Shown piece after piece: positions 1 to 14,170 of a stretch of DNA of 64,000 nucleotides (positions are counted from its first letter, which is position 1; every line of letters starts with the position of its first letter). The position numbers and the translations under genes were made by a program. Source of the DNA: Flaccisagitta enflata (taxonomy: Eukaryota); contig OZ231126.1 of assembly GCA_965153355.1 (NCBI GenBank), positions 19,096,001 through 19,160,000 of the forward strand, given 5' to 3'. The notes under the pieces are model-generated. The model was not told the origin of the DNA. It worked only from the letters and a program-made list of their open reading frames with translations, and did no database searches.

Positions 1-1060
1 CATAATTACCCATAATTACCTATAATAACATATTGACCTAAAATTACCTTTAATGACCTATGATTACCTATAATTACCTATAATTACCCAAAATTAAATA
101 ATGACCTATAAGTACCTATAAAGACCTATGACTACCCATAATTACATATGGACCAATAATTACCTATATTGACCTATGATTACCCATAATTACCCATAAT
201 TACCTATTACAATTGCATGATGACCTATAATTAACTGTAATTACCTATGATTAGCTATAATTACCTATAACTGAATAATGACCTATAATTACTTAATATT
301 GTCTATTGACATATAATTACCTATAATGACCTATAATTACCTATTATTACTTAAGATTACTTAATGACCTATAATTGCCTTTAATGACCTTTGATTACCT
401 ATAATTACCCATAATTTCATAAAGACCTTTAATTACCAATAATTACCTATAATGACCTATAATGACCTATAATTACCTAAAATTACAAAATTACCTATAA
501 CTACCTATAATTACCTATAATTACCTATAATTATCTATACTTACATAATGACCTATAATTGCCAATAATGACCTATAATTGCATAATGACCTATAATTAC
601 CTATTATGACCTATAATTACCTATAATTACATAATGACCTATAATTACCTATAATTACCTATAATGGCCTATAATTTCCTATAATTACCTATAATTACCT
701 ATGATTACATACTGACCAATAATGACCTATAATTGCATAATAACCTATAATTACCTATAATGACCTATAATTACCTATAATAACCTATAATTGCATAATA
801 ACCTATAATTGCATAATAACCTATAATTACCTATAATTACCTGTAATCACCTATAATGACCTATTATTACCTATAATTACCTATAATTACCTATAATGAC
901 CTATAATGACCTATAATTGCATAATAACCTATGATTACCTATAATGACCTATGATTACCTATAATGACCTATGATTACCTGTAATTGCATAATGACCTAT
1001 AATGACCTATAATTACCTATGATTACCCAAAATTACATTATGACCTATAATTACCTATAA
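1..1060. repeat. Degenerate ~10-bp tandem repeat (ATAATTACCT / ATAATGACCT)
   Basis: Continuous array visible from the window start. It grades into AAATGACTTA-type units at ~1070-1455. Confidence 0.95.
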
Positions 1061-1570
1061 TTATGTAAATAAAAATTGACTTATACTGCCTTGAATTGAC
1101 TTACACTTAGTTAAACTGACTTAAATTGACTTGAATTTACTTAAAATGACTTGAAATGACCTAGATTGACTTGAATTGACTAAAATTCAATAATGACTCA
1201 AATGACTTAATTTGACTCAAATTTGACATAAAATGACTTAAATTGACTTATACTGCCTTAAATTGACTTATACTGAGTTAAACTGACTTAAATTGACTTA
1301 AAATGACTTAAAATGACCTAGATTGACTTAAATTGACTAAAATTCAGTAATGACTCAAATGACTTAATTTGACTTAATTTGACTTAAAGTGACTTAAAAT
1401 GACTTAAAATGATCTAATTTGACTCAAAATCACTTAATTGACTTAAAATGACTTGATAGGAATAAAACGAATAAAAAAAGTAAAATGGGGACAGACCGAC
1501 CGACCGACCGACCGACCGACCGACGGACCGACAAAGCGGGGTATAGAGTCGCGTGCACGCGACTAAAAAT
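1061..1570 (-). mobile_element. Helentron/DINE-1-like non-autonomous element, family A
   Basis: Internal AAATGACTTA repeats, a (GACC)n microsatellite, and the terminal palindrome AGTCGCGTGCACGCGACT next to an A/T run. Related copies at ~4200-4490, 11540-11880, 46850-46905, 53295-53570 and 58765-58970. Confidence 0.7.
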
Positions 1571-2985
1571 CGCACAAGGACGCACAATGAGCGACCTATG
1601 CCAAAATGTAGCTCAAGGGGTCCTGAATCCAGAATGCTATGGCTCAAGCCGTGCTTTGCCGTGCAATTAGTTATTTTCTTGGCCTAAAATGGACAAGTAA
1701 TAATGTGGATAAAAGTAAAAATCTATATTTGATCGGAAAAAAAATGAGTAAAATGAGCTAAATAAGCAAAAGAATGATTTTTTTTGAGGACCTTATTAAG
1801 GAATCTTATTGAACAAAGACAAAAGTTTCATTGATTTGGTCAAAACTTAAGACAATTCAAATAACAAATGTAAGAGAGTTTAGTAGTATTTTCTACTTGA
1901 TTTTCTCAACTTTCTCTTCTTTTGCATCCTTACCTCATAAAGCTTTTAATCCAATAGAAATAAGTCAATATTGGGTATGAATAGTTTCATAACATCTGAA
2001 AATATGCAGAAAAAGGTTATTCACTGTGGATATTTTATAAGGAACAATGTAATGGAAAATATGTAATGTTAATCCCCAATGAGCCGCCAAGCGCACAATT
2101 CAGCCCACAGTGCGCCGCGCCGACATTCTCTACCAAGGTACTGATACTTATGATAATTGTAAAAAAAGTCACTTACAAAAATAAAAGTGTATTAGACTGC
2201 CTACAAGTCTGCTACCAAAAACTTAGTTTGAATACGTACCACCAGAAAACAAGTACCCCGGGGGTACAACGATGCGTCCACATGCGGCTTAGCTTGTTAA
2301 GAATGATGCAATATTGCATCAACCATGTGGAATGATGCAATAATCTGAGATATTTCCAAGATTCTATGCATCTTCATCATTCTCAACTCGATCACCACGG
2401 ACGGACCGACGGACGGACGGACGGACAAAGCCTCTTATAGAGATGCGTGGACGCATCTAAAAAAGCATGAGGTTTCCAGCCAACGAAGAAAAAGAACTGA
2501 AAAACAAAAGATCATGGCCTTTTCATTGTTGCTTTTTAAGTTGTGGTCTTGTGGACACGCAACTCTGTGAGAGTCTTTGTTCGTCCATCGCGTCGGTCCG
2601 TTAATGAAAAAATAAATGTTTCAAATACTTTTCGAATAAAGAGAGATGTAGTGGAATGAGCGTAAGATATGGATGAGGGTTGGATGCCTCAGCCCACCCG
2701 TCAGCAACGATATTGTGACCCCGCGTCACTTATTATTTATATTTTTCATGAAATGTAAGAGGCTGCGTTTGTGGGTTGGTAGTTCGGTGCGTAGATTGGT
2801 ACATCCGTCCATAGGTAACGCGGTTTTTTGCCTGGAGGAAAATTGATCAAGCTTCCAACTAGTCTAGTGGATATACTATCTGAAAAAAAATAAAATCCTC
2901 ACAACTTTGTTTTTTTTTTTTTTTTTTTTGGTTGTATTTTTTAATGAATATACCGGAGTCAATCGCAAATTAACTAAATTAACTA

Positions 2986-3577
2986 ACAGGGTGTCCAATA
3001 AATTTGGTAAAATCATTATTGAAAAAAAATACACTTCTAGATGACCTGGGAAGCTGAAATTTGACATATACCCTCCCAATTAGTTCTAATACATGTTAGA
3101 ATGCACAGTTTTTCATGATGACTTCCCTGGTTTAAATAGGAAGGAGTAATGCTCAAGACGAATTTTCCAATTTTACAGGATTTTTACCAGTGAAAATTGG
3201 TAAAGGAGAGCGACCATATAGTGAACTATGACATCAAATTTGGTTTCCCAATAAGGTCAACAAAAAAGAGCATATATATTATTGAAACAGGACTGCCCTA
3301 CTGACTCAAAATTGGATCAATGCATTGAAAAAAATCCGCTGAAATGATCCAAAAGATACCATCTATTTCATTCATTTCATTTTCTCAAGACCACTGCAGA
3401 TGAACCTTTCCTGCCTTTTACAGATCCCATTTAATGGATTCTTGCTGCCTGTGTGGTGAAGAATATTCATAAACAACCAACCCTCATGTTTAACCCTTTT
3501 TTCAACTAAAATAATCATCTAGGAATAGTTTTTAGATGTTCTTTTTTAGATTTTACCAAATTTATTGGACACCCTGT
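2986..3577. mobile_element. MITE, Tc1/mariner-like
   Basis: TIR ACAGGGTGTCCAATAAATTTGGTAAAATC / GATTTTACCAAATTTATTGGACACCCTGT, with TA on both sides. Confidence 0.85.
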
Positions 3578-4535
3578 TAATATACATTTTCTAAGACCCA
3601 AAATTCAGTGAAAAAAAAAGACAACTGTAAACGGTCCGCTTTTGTAGGCACATTTAGCCGATATCTTCGCACAATTGACCTAATCAAATTAGAACAAGGT
3701 CAACACCTATGAAAGTTGAAACAACATTGCCCTTATAAAAGGAGGCCAGAATTCTCCAATTAACTAAGGATGAAAGCCTTGCAAGCTTTCAATGGTGTTT
3801 ACTCCAGATTGCTCACAACTATCCTTTAATACTGACAAACAAAAAGCTTACCTGACAAAAGTCAGCTTGACTGCATACCTCATTAGCATAGGGTCGGACA
3901 GGCCTATACTATTTAGTATACACAAAATATCTTTAAAAAGTTAAAATCAAAGATTACTAATGTACTGATGGAAGTACTGACACTAGCAATATTGATTAAA
4001 AAACCATACCCTTAGAGGCAAGAATCGAGGTTCAACCAACTGGGACCGCCGGCATTCCTTACCAAGGTACTGATACTTATGAAAGTTGAAACAACACTGC
4101 CCTTACAAAAGGAGGCCAGAATTCTCCAATTTTTTAAGGATGAAAGCCTTGCAAGCTTTCAATGGTGTTTACTCCGGATTGCTCACAACTATCCTTTAAG
4201 TCGCGTGAAGGACATAAATAGCTTAAGATGACTTAAATTGAGTTTAAATGACTCAAGGTGACCTGAAATGACTCAAAATGACTTTAATGACCATATTGAT
4301 TTTAATGACTTAATATAACTTAACATGACTTATAATGAATTAAAATGACTTAGAATGACTTATAATAGCATTTGGGAAGGAGCTGTGAGCCCAAAGACCT
4401 AAAAAACGCCGAAAAAGTAAAGAGGAGACCAACCGACGGACCGACGGACCGACGGAGCGGGGTGTAGAGTCGCGTAGCACGCGACTAAAAAAAATGTTCG
4501 GTTGTCGTTAGAACTCGATTGTTAAGTATGTGAAT

Positions 4536-6073
4536 CTCGGTCGCCACATGAAGTGGAGGGCAAGTATCTGAAAGAGCCCCTTAAAGTATCCAGAAAGTAT
4601 CTAGACTTTTTTCAATAGTATCTAAATAAGTATCCAGATGTTTTATTAAAGAATTCAATGTTTATTCTGTTATCTGGTAAAACAATGACAACCAGGCGAT
4701 GTCCCATAAAAGATTTACTAATGTAGAGGAGTTGCAATGAGTCATTGGGCCAAAGGCGTATGACGCTTTTTATCTATAATCCATAACCTAAGCTCATAAT
4801 TTAACAATGCTGAAAGGGTTTGAGCAAAGACATTTAATACTTATGGAGTCAGACTGGCTTGTTACAGCAGGGATAAACAACAGATTTGTTAAGGTTAATA
4901 GTCTCATTGCTATTTTGCTCAAAGCCACTATCATCATATCCCCCCCCCCCCAAAAAAAAAAAATGTGCAGGAAGTATTTAGGCCTCCAACACCTAATATC
5001 TTAAAATGAAGTAGATGGCGACCAAATTTAAAATTGACCACACAGCCATAAAAATTTACATTTCGTGATTTACAAAGCTGGTCTCTATAGGCACCACTAG
5101 ATTTGTTACAATGAGGGTGAGTGGGGTAGAGAAATTGTTACCACAAAAACATCAAATAGTGAAGTATGATGGATGGACTAAAAGTGATGGATGGAACATA
5201 AGAAAGACCAATGGACAGGCCGATGGATGGACCAACAAATTTGAGTGTAGGGTTGCGGACTAAAAATAGGGTGTGGTGAGAAATATCTCTCTAGCCATTG
5301 AAGAAAAAGGAGCCATTCTATAGGTAGACCCAACAATATAAACTGCAACACCTGGTAATCTCTAATAGAAATATGTGAGATTAATACCCAAACAATACCC
5401 GAGCATACCCAAGAAATACCCAAGAAATACCCTAGCAATACCCGAGCATACCCGAGCAATACCCAAGAAATACCCGAACATACCCAAGCGATACCAAAGC
5501 AATACCCAAGTAATACCCGGGCATACCCAAACAATACCCAAGAAATACCCTAGCAATACCCGAGCAATACCCAAATACCCGAGCAATACCCGAGCAATAC
5601 CCGAGCATACCCGAGTATACCCCGGGTTTTAATCTCACCTGAGATTACATGGTGTGCAAATACAGTGAAATTGATTTGGATTTGGGTAGAAGTTGCATTT
5701 CCCCGCCTATTTTTGAAACCCAGTTGAATTACTGAAAAACGGCAGAAATTGCAAAATATCACTATTTTCATCATATTTTACTAAAAACAGACAAACTCCT
5801 TTATATAAGGTAAATACATAATTAGTTAATGTTGAAAAAATTTTTTCTTGCCCAGATTTTTTTGTTTCCTTTAAGCTAAAAAAAAGGTTAAAATGTTTCA
5901 ATGAACGATTTGATGCCACTATTTAAAAGTATCTAGATTTGAACTGAAATATCCAGATTTTTTTCTCAAAAATATCTAAATTAGTATCCAGTATCTAGAT
6001 GGCTTTTTTAATATCTAAACACCCCCAAAAAGTATCCAGATCTGGATACTAAGTATCTAGTGTGGCGACCGAG
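4536..6073. mobile_element. Non-autonomous hAT-like DNA transposon
   Basis: TIR CTCGGTCGCCACA / TGTGGCGACCGAG. Exact 8-bp TSD ATGTGAAT (4528-4535 and 6074-6081). Subterminal AGTATCYAGA repeats at both ends. Confidence 0.85.
5385..5622. repeat. Short tandem repeat (CAATACCCGAG-like units)
   Basis: Visible array inside the hAT-like element. It explains the ORFs at 5178-5774. Confidence 0.9.
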
Positions 6074-7220
6074 ATGTGAATGAGGAAACCCTCGTCCCAC
6101 TTTACGCGGCAGTAGGTAACGCTGCTTTGCTTGCCAGATAGCGCCCCTGTGGCGACTGCAGCGTAAATTTAACGCAAGAACAATCTCACTAGATGCAAAA
6201 ATTTGGAATGGATTATTCGCAACACTAACATCTTAAACCATGAATGATGATTGAGATCTCTTGCAGAAAGGGTTTTCTTTCCAGTTGAAGCATCCTCTCT
6301 AGAACGAGATAATATTTGGGGAAATAGAGTTTTCCTCTCCGCAAATTGCCTAAACTTGCATACCAGGAGTTTCTAGCGCTTACTGTCTCAAATCATTTAT
6401 CACTGCATTATGCAAATCATACTATCTTACCATGTCCTATTTGTTATCCCATTTCGCAAGGTTCTTTTTATATCTTTTTGTCTCTATTTCTGTCTGTCTT
6501 TGTACGTCTCTTTCTTTCATTTTGTCTCTCTATCTCTCTGTCTGTCTCTCTCAATCCGTTCCATCCTTCCTCGCTTGACCACACCCTGCAAGCCCCTTAG
6601 CTTCCGTTCCTCCTTTCGACGCGTCTTCAATGCCCACGACGACAAGTCGCTCCCCTGATCGCCGACCGGATATGGTCGTGGTTGTTGTCATTGTGGTGGT
6701 TTTCGCGGTCGTGCTGTGGCGAAAATCATTGTTTTTGAGTCGATTTTGACACCGGTTTTGTTGTCGATGTCATATATGTCGCATGAGCTGAACAAATGTT
6801 TGTCACTGGAGAGTTGTCATTGTCGAAAAATTTGTCATCGGGTCTGTCGTCGTCATTGTCGTCGTCATCGTCGTCGTTGTTTGGTCAACGAGTGGTCATA
6901 TTGCGTAAATGAAGGCGCCAGTGGAGGAGGGAGTGGGGGAGGAGGGAAGGAGAAAGGAAGATGTGGTTTGCCGTGGTAGAAAGGAGGAAAAGGTATTGAG
7001 GAAGAGGATGAAGAGGCAGAGGATGAAGATGAGGAGGAGGCGGAAGTGGCCGAGGCGAGGGGAAAGAGGAAGAGAAGATGGAGGAGAGGAAGAAGAAAGG
7101 AAAGGAAAAAGACGATCAAGAAGAAAAAGAAGAGGGGAGGAAGAAAAAAAGATTTTTCACTGTTTTTTAAAAGGATTTGTACAGTAAAATACTGTAAAAA
7201 ACAGCCTTTTTGTCCTTTTT

Positions 7221-7745
7221 GGGCAGCGGCCCCGAAGGGGACGAAGTCCTGTAGAACACAGGGGACTTTCGTTCGTTTGTCCGTTCGTTCGTTCGTTCGT
7301 CCCCCCCAGGCCCTCTCAGGCCTGAAATCTGCCCTCTCAGGCCTAAAATCTGCCCTCTCAGACCTGAAATCTGCCCTCTCAGGCCTTGAATCTTCCCTCT
7401 CAGGCCTAAAATTTGACCTTTCAGGCCTGAAACCTGCCTGTCAGGTTTTAAATCTGTCCTCGCAGGCCTGAAATTTGCCCTCTTATATTCAAGGCCTGAG
7501 AGGGCAGATCTCAGGCCTGAGAGGACAGATTTTAGGCCTGAGAGGGCAGATTTCAGGCCTGAGAGGGCCTAGGGGGGGGGGGGGGGCGGACGGACGAACG
7601 GACGGACAAACGAACGAAAGTCCCCTGTGTTCTACAGGACTTCGTCCCCTTCGGAGCCGCTGCCCTGCCTCTTATTCCAATTTACAACCATGCAAAGCAG
7701 GGCAACGGGTATCGCTGACCACATATTGCCCTTGGGCGACCTGTT
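7221..7745 (+). mobile_element. Helentron/DINE-1-like non-autonomous element, family B
   Basis: Starts TTTT|GGGCAGCGGCCCCGAAGGGG and has internal 20-21-bp repeats. Related copies at ~10581-11046, 13065-13342, 14735-14835, 33962-34523 and 50247-50842, all at T/A runs. Confidence 0.7.
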
Positions 7746-8691
7746 CTTTAATACTTCTACAAAAATGGATACAGTGTCCTCAAAATTCATGTGGAACTAT
7801 ATGTTTGTGGAACTACATGTGTGATTTTTTTTCTTCAAGCTAAGCATGAACTCATAGTGTAAAATACTGTGAAAGACACGATGAAAATTATCGTGACAGT
7901 TCAGTTTCACGAAGGGTAAAAAAATTTTCATTTTTTCTCCAAAAACAATAGATTCATATGATAGTCTATACTTTTTATGTGGGTAGCAGAAAAAATTAAT
8001 GCAAAATCTCAAAAATTTAAAAAGTTACAGCTATTTTCCTCTTAATAAAACTATTTTTCATTTCTACACATTTTTAGATATTTCACTAAAAAAATAAAGA
8101 CTACGTTTTTCAAAACCGTGTTATATACGTTTTTCAAAACCGTGTTATATTTATTCAGCAGTGTATTATTCAATATCAAGAATATAAAAAAAAATTTTTT
8201 GAGATTTTTAAAGATTTTTTTCAATTTTTTTGCCAAAAAACGTTATTTTTTAATTTTTTTTCATTTGGAATATTTCAATCGCCTGTTAAGTCCAGACAAA
8301 TATGAAATGAAGGTAAAACAAATTGATAAACAAATATACAACTTTAAACTAATTTTAAAATATTATAATGATATTAAAGCAAAGAGATAATAGAAAACAG
8401 CAAGAAAAACCTCATTTTTTACATTAGATTAGCTTTTCAAGTTCAAATATTTTCTGACAACTGGAAAATACCTCATTGTATGTTAGATTAATAAGGATAC
8501 ATGTATATATACATTCTACAACTATTCTAAAGATTTAGTGAAAATTGGTCTCCAATTTTCTTTCACTTTTTTCAACTTGTCATAAATCTACCTGACAAAG
8601 TTTTTCTTGACCAGCGTTTAACCTAATTGCACTTCTAAATTTTAATCCAACATTCTCTTTCCCTACAGTTTGAAAGATTGACATAAACAGC

Positions 8692-9665
8692 GGCTAGAGT
8701 AACCATGGCGACAATAAAAATGGCCGCCTATTCAAACCCCTCCCCTGAGTTCAATTTTTTAACTAGCTTCATAATTTTCTAGGTGTTAATAGAACTTCAA
8801 ATTTCTGGCTCAGAGAAAAAATCAGAACTCAAAAAAGTTTACAAATGTACCCGTGGCATCAATTTTTGTGAAAGGCATCCAAATATGGATCTGCCAAATC
8901 ACTTTTTTTTTGCGCTTTTTGGTTTTTGTAATGTTTTACAAAAACTCATGCCACAGGCACAAAAATACACTTTTTCGAGTTCTGATTTTTGCAGCAGGTC
9001 AATAAGTTGTAAAACTCTCACACACTTGAAAAAAATAGCCCCTGTTTTAAAAAATTATTTGTTAAAAGAAGGTGGGACGACCGGTGTTTAAGAGATAATT
9101 TTGCATATTTTCAGTAAAATCATCAAAAAGTAGTGCAAAATTCAACATTTTTAAGTTCTGATTTTTTTGTTGAGTTGGAAATTTGATGAACTATCTTCGC
9201 CTAAAAAATTAAGAGACTAGTTGAAAAAATGAGGTCACTGTAAAAAATTGAAGTTAGTAAAAAAATTCAATCAAAAACTGATTTTAACTTCTTGTTTCAA
9301 AATCACTACTATGGCTACAAAAATTAACTTTTTTGAGTTCTGATTTTTTTGCTGAGTCGAATATCATCAATACTTTCTTCATCTTTGAAAAATTCAAAAG
9401 CAATGATGAAAAAAAATCATTTCTTAAAGTTCTGAAAGAATCATTGTAAAAAGGTATTGATCAATTTGTATTAGGATACTGTTCACAAAAATTAATGTTG
9501 CGGACACAAAAATCAACTTTTTTGAATTCTGATTTTTTTGCTAAATCAGAAATTCAGAATATCATCATCATCTTAAAAATTATGAAGCTAGTCAAAAAAT
9601 TGAACTCACAGCAGCAAATTGAACATGGCGGCCATTTTTATTGTCGCCATGGTTAGGGCTAGTCA
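8692..9665. repeat. Foldback / inverted-repeat element
   Basis: TAACCATGGCGACAATAAAAATGGCCGCC near 8700 is inverted at ~9628-9655. Several internal TTTTGAGTTCTGATTTTT motifs. Confidence 0.7.
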
Positions 9666-11046
9666 CAGGGGGAGGGGGGGGGCAAGGGCATTTACAGACC
9701 TATCTCCACCAGTTTTCGGCAGATGTTATAGAAGACAACCATTTTTCAAAAGTAACTGACTGACCGACCCACTGACAAAAGACACCAACAAACGTAACCA
9801 AATGAAACAAAAAAACAGTTGCGGACGGATGGGCAGGGGCGGAAATGCGCGTTTTCACACTTATCGACTCAATCATTACCGACGGACGGACCGACGGACG
9901 GACAAAGCCTCTTGCGTGTCCGCAACTAAAAAAGACACATCAAGAGACCAATCAAGCGAGTGAATCAAGAGACCAACAAAGAGACCAATCAAGAGACCAA
10001 TCAAGGAACCAATCGAGTGACCAATCAAGTAAAGATATGCATTTGCGCAACTGCGAATTTAACCAACAAATTATGAATATACTTAAAAATTTACTCTTTG
10101 AGCAACAATAAATAAGCATGCAATGAATTGCGAATAAATACAAAGAACACGATAAATAAACAACACACGTGTCCGCAACTAGAAAAGACACACTGCTCAC
10201 CCATCCGCAATTTAGATTTTCTTGTATCCAGTCATTTCTAAGTGCGTCCTCGCACTTCTATAAGAGGTCATGCCCGTCTGTCAGTCTGTTGGTTGGTTGG
10301 TCACGCACACGTTTGAAAACAGCTGATTTCGACATATTTCTTCATTCCTAACACATATCATGCCTCACTACATTCATTCATTCATTAATTCATTCATTCG
10401 TCAAAAACGTTCATTCACAAATTCTTATTCAAGCTAGGCGCGCTTACTGGCCATAACTTGGCCTCGTTTTTATACATTCTCTTTTTTCTCCTCCTTTTCT
10501 TTCTTTCTTTCTATTTTTCTCTTTCTTTCTTTCTATATTTCTTTCTTTCTTTTTTGTATTTTCTCTCTTTTTCCCCCCTTTGGGCAGCGGCTCTGAAGGG
10601 GTCGATGACTTATGCTTTCACACAGGGGAATTTTCTCCTCCTCCTCCTCCTTCTCCGTACCCCCCCCCCCCGACCCCACCGCCCATATCTCAGCCTTGAA
10701 GCCCATATCCCGGTCTTGAGGTCCAAATCCCAACATCAAGACCCAAATCCCATCTTATAGCCAAAATCCTATCTTTGAGGCCCTTATTCCAGCCTCAAGG
10801 GATTTGGGCCTCATGAATGCGATTTGGACCTCGAGGCTGGGATATGGGCTTCAAGGCTGAGATATGGGCCTGGAGGTGGGGGGAAGGGGGAGGAGGAGGA
10901 ATAGGAGGAGGAGAAAATTCCCCTGTGTGAAAGCATAGGTCATCGACCCCCTTCGGGACCGCTGCCCTGCTCCCCCCTCAACTTCAACCACAACTTACTA
11001 AGGCAGGGCACGGGTACCGCTGACCATCTTACGCTTTTGTGACTAT

Positions 11047-11058
11047 TCTTTCTTTTTT

Positions 11059-11125
<67 letters not shown>

Positions 11126-12003
11126 ATCTTTCGTTCTTCCTTTTTTTTTTCTTTCTTTCTTTCTCTCTTTCGTTCTTTCTTTCTTTCGTTACTTCTTTCT
11201 TTTTTTCTTTGTTTCTTTCTTTGTTTCTTTGTTTCTCTGTTTCTTTGTTTCTTTCTTTTTTCTTTTTTTCTTTTTTTCTTTCTTTCTTTCTTTGGTTCTT
11301 TGGTTCTTTCGTTCTTTCTTTTTTCATCCTTTCTCTCTTTTTTTCTTTCTTTCTTGCTTTTTTTCTATCTTTTTTTCTTTCTTTCCCTCTTCCTTCCTTT
11401 CTTTCTTTCTTTCTTTCTTTCTTTTTTCTTACTTTCTTACTTCCTTTTTTTTTGTCTTTCTTTCTTTCTTTTTTTCTTTCTTTCTCTCTTTCTTTTTTTC
11501 TTTTTTTTTTTCTCTTTCTTTCTTTCTTTCTCTCTTTTTTTAGTCGCGTGCACGCGACTCTACAATCCGCTTTGTCCGTCGGTCGGTCGGTCGGTCGGTC
11601 GGTCGGTTGGTTGGTTGGTCACACTTTACTTTTATTATCACTTTTATTTCCTTAAGTCATTTTTAGTCATTCTAAGTAATTTTAAGGCATTCTAAGTCAT
11701 TCTGAGTCATTCTGAGTCATTTTAAGTTATTTTAAGTCATTTTTGATCATTAGGTCATTTTGTCATTCTATGTCCTTTTTGGTCATTTTAAGTCATTCTA
11801 AGTCATTCCAAGTTGTTCTTAGGCATTCTAAGTAATTCTAAGTCAGTAAGTCTTGCACGCGACTTATAGGTGTTGGGCTTATTTTCTTACATTCTTACTT
11901 TCTTTTTTCTGTCTTTCTGTCTTTCTTTCTTGCTTTCTTACCTTATTTCGTTCTTTCTTTCTTTTTTTCCTTCTGTCTTTTTTTTGTTGTTTGTTTGTTT
12001 GTT

Positions 12004-12100
<97 letters not shown>

Positions 12101-12120
12101 TTTTTCTTTCTTTCTTTCTA
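11047..12120. repeat. (TTTC)n-rich microsatellite tracts flanking a family-A element
   Basis: Seen directly. Source of the F/L/S-rich pseudo-ORFs. Confidence 0.95.
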
Positions 12121-13369
12121 GTCTTATGGCAGCTGGGTAAAGATAAAGTCACTAACTTCAGAACAGGGTGTTCTGAAGTTAACGACTTCACTGTTTTCAA
12201 AGCTCACTTTTTAAGCAGGTAGTATCAGGATGTGTTTACATTTTTTTCTGCTTTCTCACACTAAAAAATCCTCACGCTTCCTCGTTCTTGTTAGCAAAAA
12301 TGCTGCAGATGTTAGAAAAACCATTGGCAAAATTTTTTTATTGATTGCCTTTTCAAAAAATGACAAAATGCGGGGGGAAGTGGCTCGGAAAAAAATAGGG
12401 CTAAAACACTTTTTCATTTTTTTCTCAATATACGTCATCTTCAAATTTTACCATTTTTTCAGCAAAGTTGCCCCTTTAGGTGATGTTGATAACAGCAAAA
12501 AAAAATTGGATACTTATCCTCTCAAAACGGGACAAAATGGCAAAAAAAAGTTTTAAGCGTTAAAGTCGTCAATTTCAGCGATTTTACTGATTTCAGTAAT
12601 TTCACTGATTTTAACAATTTCAATCCCCTTTTGCGCAATACCATTCTAATGGTTCCAAAGTTGCTGATTTTAACGACTCTGTTACATCCTGAAGTCGCTG
12701 AATTTAGTGACTTGTCCCACTTTTAATCCTCAATTTACAAGATATGTTACAAAACTTACAATTACCTGAGAAGACAATGAGACAACAACTACCCAGGAAA
12801 AAACAACACCCACTACAACAACAACAACAGCAACAACAACAACTGCAACAAAAACAACAATACTGAAGACAATGACAGTGACAAAAAGTTGTTTTTACAG
12901 AAATGGGGGGGAAAAGAAAATGTGCTGATTGGAAAAAAACAAGGCCATATACACGGCTACCCTAGTCGCGTGCAGGTGGGCAGGGGCAGCGCTGGAGAAG
13001 ATCACCAGGGCATCTGGGCAGGAGTAGTATGCTCAAAAAGCTAAAAAAAAACTAAAAAGTTAAAGTCGCAAAAGCGTTAGATGGTCAGCGGTGTCCGTGC
13101 CCTGCCCTAATAGGTTGTGCTTGAAATTGAAGGGGAAGCAGGGTAGCGGCCCCGAAAAGGTTGATGACCTATGCTTTCACACATATGGGGAATTTTCTCC
13201 TCCTCCTTCTCCTCCCAAAAAGCTGGGATATAGGCCTCAAGGCTGGGAAGGGGATGGACGGAGAAGGAGAAGAAGGAGAAGGATAAAATTCCCTATATGT
13301 GTGAAAGCATAGATCATCGACCCCTTTGTGGCCGCTGCCCAAAATGACAGGAAAGGACTCTTTCTTTAG

Positions 13370-14170
13370 GCGAACTGAGGTTGAATTCATCAATATGAGT
13401 ATGACAAAATTATTTGAATGGCGCTTAATGATAATTCAGCTCTGTTGCTCTAAGTGCCAAGATATGATGATACAGTTAGTTATCTCTATGTCAAAAGTTG
13501 TTGAGCTGGGACCAATATTTGACCTTTCACCGGCTTATTGCATATATTTCCAGTTTGCTTAATTATGTCAGAGATGTTATATACAAGAACTCATTAAAGG
13601 ATTTGGCTAATAGCTCACTTGACCTTACAGGTGCGATGCTACAAACTGGTGTGGAGATGTTGGTTAAGTTATACCTTGAATCAAAGCCAAGACAGGAGAC
13701 ATTTCAGGGATTTTCTGACTTCATCGCTAGAAGCAAACATAAGAATGTGAGGTTTTAGCACAAATGACATTTGATCACGTATTGGGTTACTTTGTACTCA
13801 AAGCTGGCATAAGACAATGCAACTATGAATATTTCTGGACAGGAAAATCCATGGTCAAGAGTTTGTTTTTCGCCAAAGCCCATCCTTTGTACAGGAAACT
13901 GTACTTGTTTTTAGATTTTGATTTGGCTTAGATGCCACAACCCATGTATGAACAGTACAAAAGCATGATAGGCTTGAAAGTTGAATCAAAAGGTGGTTCT
14001 GACATGGCCTGTTGTGAGGGATTTGACTTTGTGGTCAAAAACGTGAACAAAGCATTGAAGCAAAATCTTAGCTGGGCACCGTCACATAAAGCATGGTTGA
14101 CTGCATGTCGTTCTTTCAACTTCACCTCCAAGCTCATGTCTAGATTCAACACTTGGTTGCCATTTTCAAG
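13370..14170 (+). pseudogene. Decayed DDE transposase fragment (Academ/DUF6589-like motifs)
   Basis: Reading through a frameshift at ~13753 and a stop at 13929 gives ...YFVLKAGIRQCNY...FFAKAHPLYRKL...*MP...EGFDFVVKNVNKALK. This resembles the R-x-x-N / FFA-x-x-H-x-x-Y / D-x-x-x-E-x-x-NK pattern. It lies inside the TIR element. Confidence 0.55.

Noticed and set aside
6560-7140. GC-richer coding-like segment
   Set aside because: No long frame with credible splice sites or a recognisable domain; low complexity.
11039-12222. F/L/S-rich membrane-like ORFs (also 45752-46607, 32809-33322, 35836-36390, 48601-49098)
   Set aside because: (TTTC)n and (GA)n microsatellites.
12230-12556. Duplicated 108-aa ORF (also 17001-17327)
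   Set aside because: Lies within the TIRs; the duplication only reflects the inverted repeat.
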